This document shows, piece after piece, positions 62,331 through 64,000 of a stretch of 64,000 nucleotides of DNA. The notes under the pieces were generated by a model. The model saw nothing but the letters and a program-made list of their open reading frames with translations, searched no databases and was not told the origin of the DNA. Where the stretch lies: the NCBI RefSeq assembly GCF_963921235.1, contig NC_086108.1, forward strand, positions 23,126,001 to 23,190,000. The letters run 5' to 3'. Position 1 is the first letter of the stretch. Every line of letters starts with the position of its first letter. The translations under genes and the position numbers were made by a program. Source of the DNA: Mobula hypostoma. Its lineage: Eukaryota.

Positions 62331-64000
62331 TCCTACCCACCTATCTACATAAAACCAGTGCCGTCCTCCCCATCTCTCTACATAAAACCAGTGCCGTCCT
62401 CCCCATCTCCCTACATAAAACCAGTACTGTCCTCCCCATCTGTCTACATAAAACCAGTGCTGTCCTACCCATCTAACTACATAAAACCAGTGCTGTCCTC
62501 TCCATCTCTCTACATAAAACCAGTGCCGTCCTCCCCATCTCCCTACATAAAACCAGTACCGTCCTCCCCATCTGTCTACATAAAACCTGTGCCATCCTAC
62601 CCATCTAACTGCATAAAACCAGTGCCGTCCTCTCTATCTCTCTACATAAAACCAGTGCCGTCATCCCCATCTCTCTACATAAAAGCAGTCCCGTCCTCCC
62701 CGTCTAACTACATAAAACCAGTGCCGTCCTCCCCATCTATCTACATAAAACCAGTGCCGTCCTCTCCATCTATCTACATAAAACCAGTGCTATCCTCTCC
62801 ATCTCTCTACATAAAACCAGTGCCATCCTCTCCATCTCTCTACATAAAACCAGTGCCGTCCTACCCATCTATGTACATAAAACCAGGGCCGTCCTCTCCA
62901 TCTCCCTACATAAAACCAGTGCCATCCTCCCCATCTATCTACATAAAACCAGTGCCGTCCTCTCCATCTCTCTACATAAAACTAGTGCCGTCCTCCCCAT
63001 CTATCTACATAAAACCAGTGTCGTCCTACCCATCTAACTACATAAAACCAGCGCCGTCCTACCCATCTAACTACATAAAACCAGCGCTGTCCTACCCATC
63101 TAACTACATAAAACCAGCGCCGTCCTCCCCATCTAACTACATAAAACCAGCGCCGTCCTACCCATCTATCTACATAAAACCAGTGTCGTCCTACCCATCT
63201 AACTACATAAAACCAGCGCCGTCCTACCCATCTAACTACATAAAACCAGCGCTGTCCTACCCATCTAACTACATAAAACCAGTGTCGTCCTACCCATCTA
63301 ACTACATAAAACCAGCGCTGTCCTACCCATCTGTCTACATAAAACCAGTGCCGTCCTACCCACCTATCTACATAAAACCAGTGCCATCCTACCCACCCGT
63401 CTACATAAAACCAGTGCTGCCCCACCCACCCATGTACATAAAACCAGTGCCACCCCACCCACCCGTCTACATAAAACCATTGCCGACTTCCCCATCTCTC
63501 TACATAAAACCAGTACCGTCCTCTCTATCTCTCTACATAAAACCAGTGCCGTCCTCCCCATCTCTCTACATAAAACCAGTGCCATCCTCCCCATCTGTCT
63601 ACATAAAACCTGTGCCGTCCTACCCATCTATCTACATAAAACCAGTGCCATCCTACCCATCTAACTACATAAAACCAGTGCCGTCCTCCCCATCTATCTA
63701 CATAAAACCAGTGCCGTCCTACCCATCTCTCTACATAAAACCTGTGCTGCCCCACCCACCCATGTACATAAAACCAGTGCCACCCCACCCATCTCTCTAC
63801 ATAAAACCATTGCCGACTTCCCCATCTCTCTATGTAAAACAAGTGCCGTCCTCCCCATCTCTCTACATAAAACCAGTACCGTCCTCTCTATCTCTCTACA
63901 TAAAACCAGTGCCGTCCTCCCCATCTCTCTACATAAAACCAGTGCCGTCCTCCCCATCTCTCTACATAAAACCAGTGCCGTCCTCCCCATCTGTCTACAT
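62329..64000 (+). repeat. 33-bp minisatellite (~50 copies, continues past the window end)
   Basis: The unit is CTACATAAAACCAGTGCCGTCCTCCCCATCTCT. AAAACCAGTG recurs at 62351, 62384 and onward (period 33). The 11-aa repeats in the minus-strand ORFs confirm the period. Confidence 0.97.

Noticed and set aside
62329..64000. CRISPR-like array or Trp-rich repeat protein (ORFs 62982-63458, 63525-63842)
   Set aside because: The units are directly adjacent with no unique spacers, there are no cas genes and the context is vertebrate. The ORFs arise because 33 bp is a multiple of 3.

Overview
Vertebrate genomic DNA, most likely from a cartilaginous fish such as a ray. That assignment is an inference from the repeat content: abundant CR1-like LINEs, HE1-like V-SINEs, Rex1/Babar and Penelope-like termini. 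The only host gene I can support is the first coding exon of pappalysin-2 (PAPPA2) at 17972-18584 (+), inside a CpG-rich region and followed by an intron that appears to run past the window end (>45 kb). The rest is mostly decayed transposable elements: several near-full CR1 LINEs (one with a Zn-finger/SGNH-esterase ORF1), a Rex1/Babar LINE, an internally deleted Chapaev3-like DNA transposon with a TTA target duplication, a Harbinger-type MITE, a Gypsy-like solo LTR carrying a 39-bp array, and SINEs. The most notable signals are: (i) Penelope-like (GIY-YIG) elements in inverted, fold-back arrangements whose termini encode minimal type I hammerhead ribozymes, with two core-intact copies in one TSD-flanked insertion and a second hammerhead family; (ii) an old, heavily diverged ~35-bp tandem array that starts just after the PAPPA2 splice donor and spans ~9 kb, broken up by later insertions; (iii) a CpG-rich intronic CTCF/CCAAT/GC-box cluster followed by a splice donor; and (iv) a 33-bp minisatellite with higher-order periodicity at the right edge. 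No CRISPR array or prokaryotic system is present. TE boundaries were read by eye and are approximate unless a TSD or TIR is quoted; family names come from motif recognition, not database searches.
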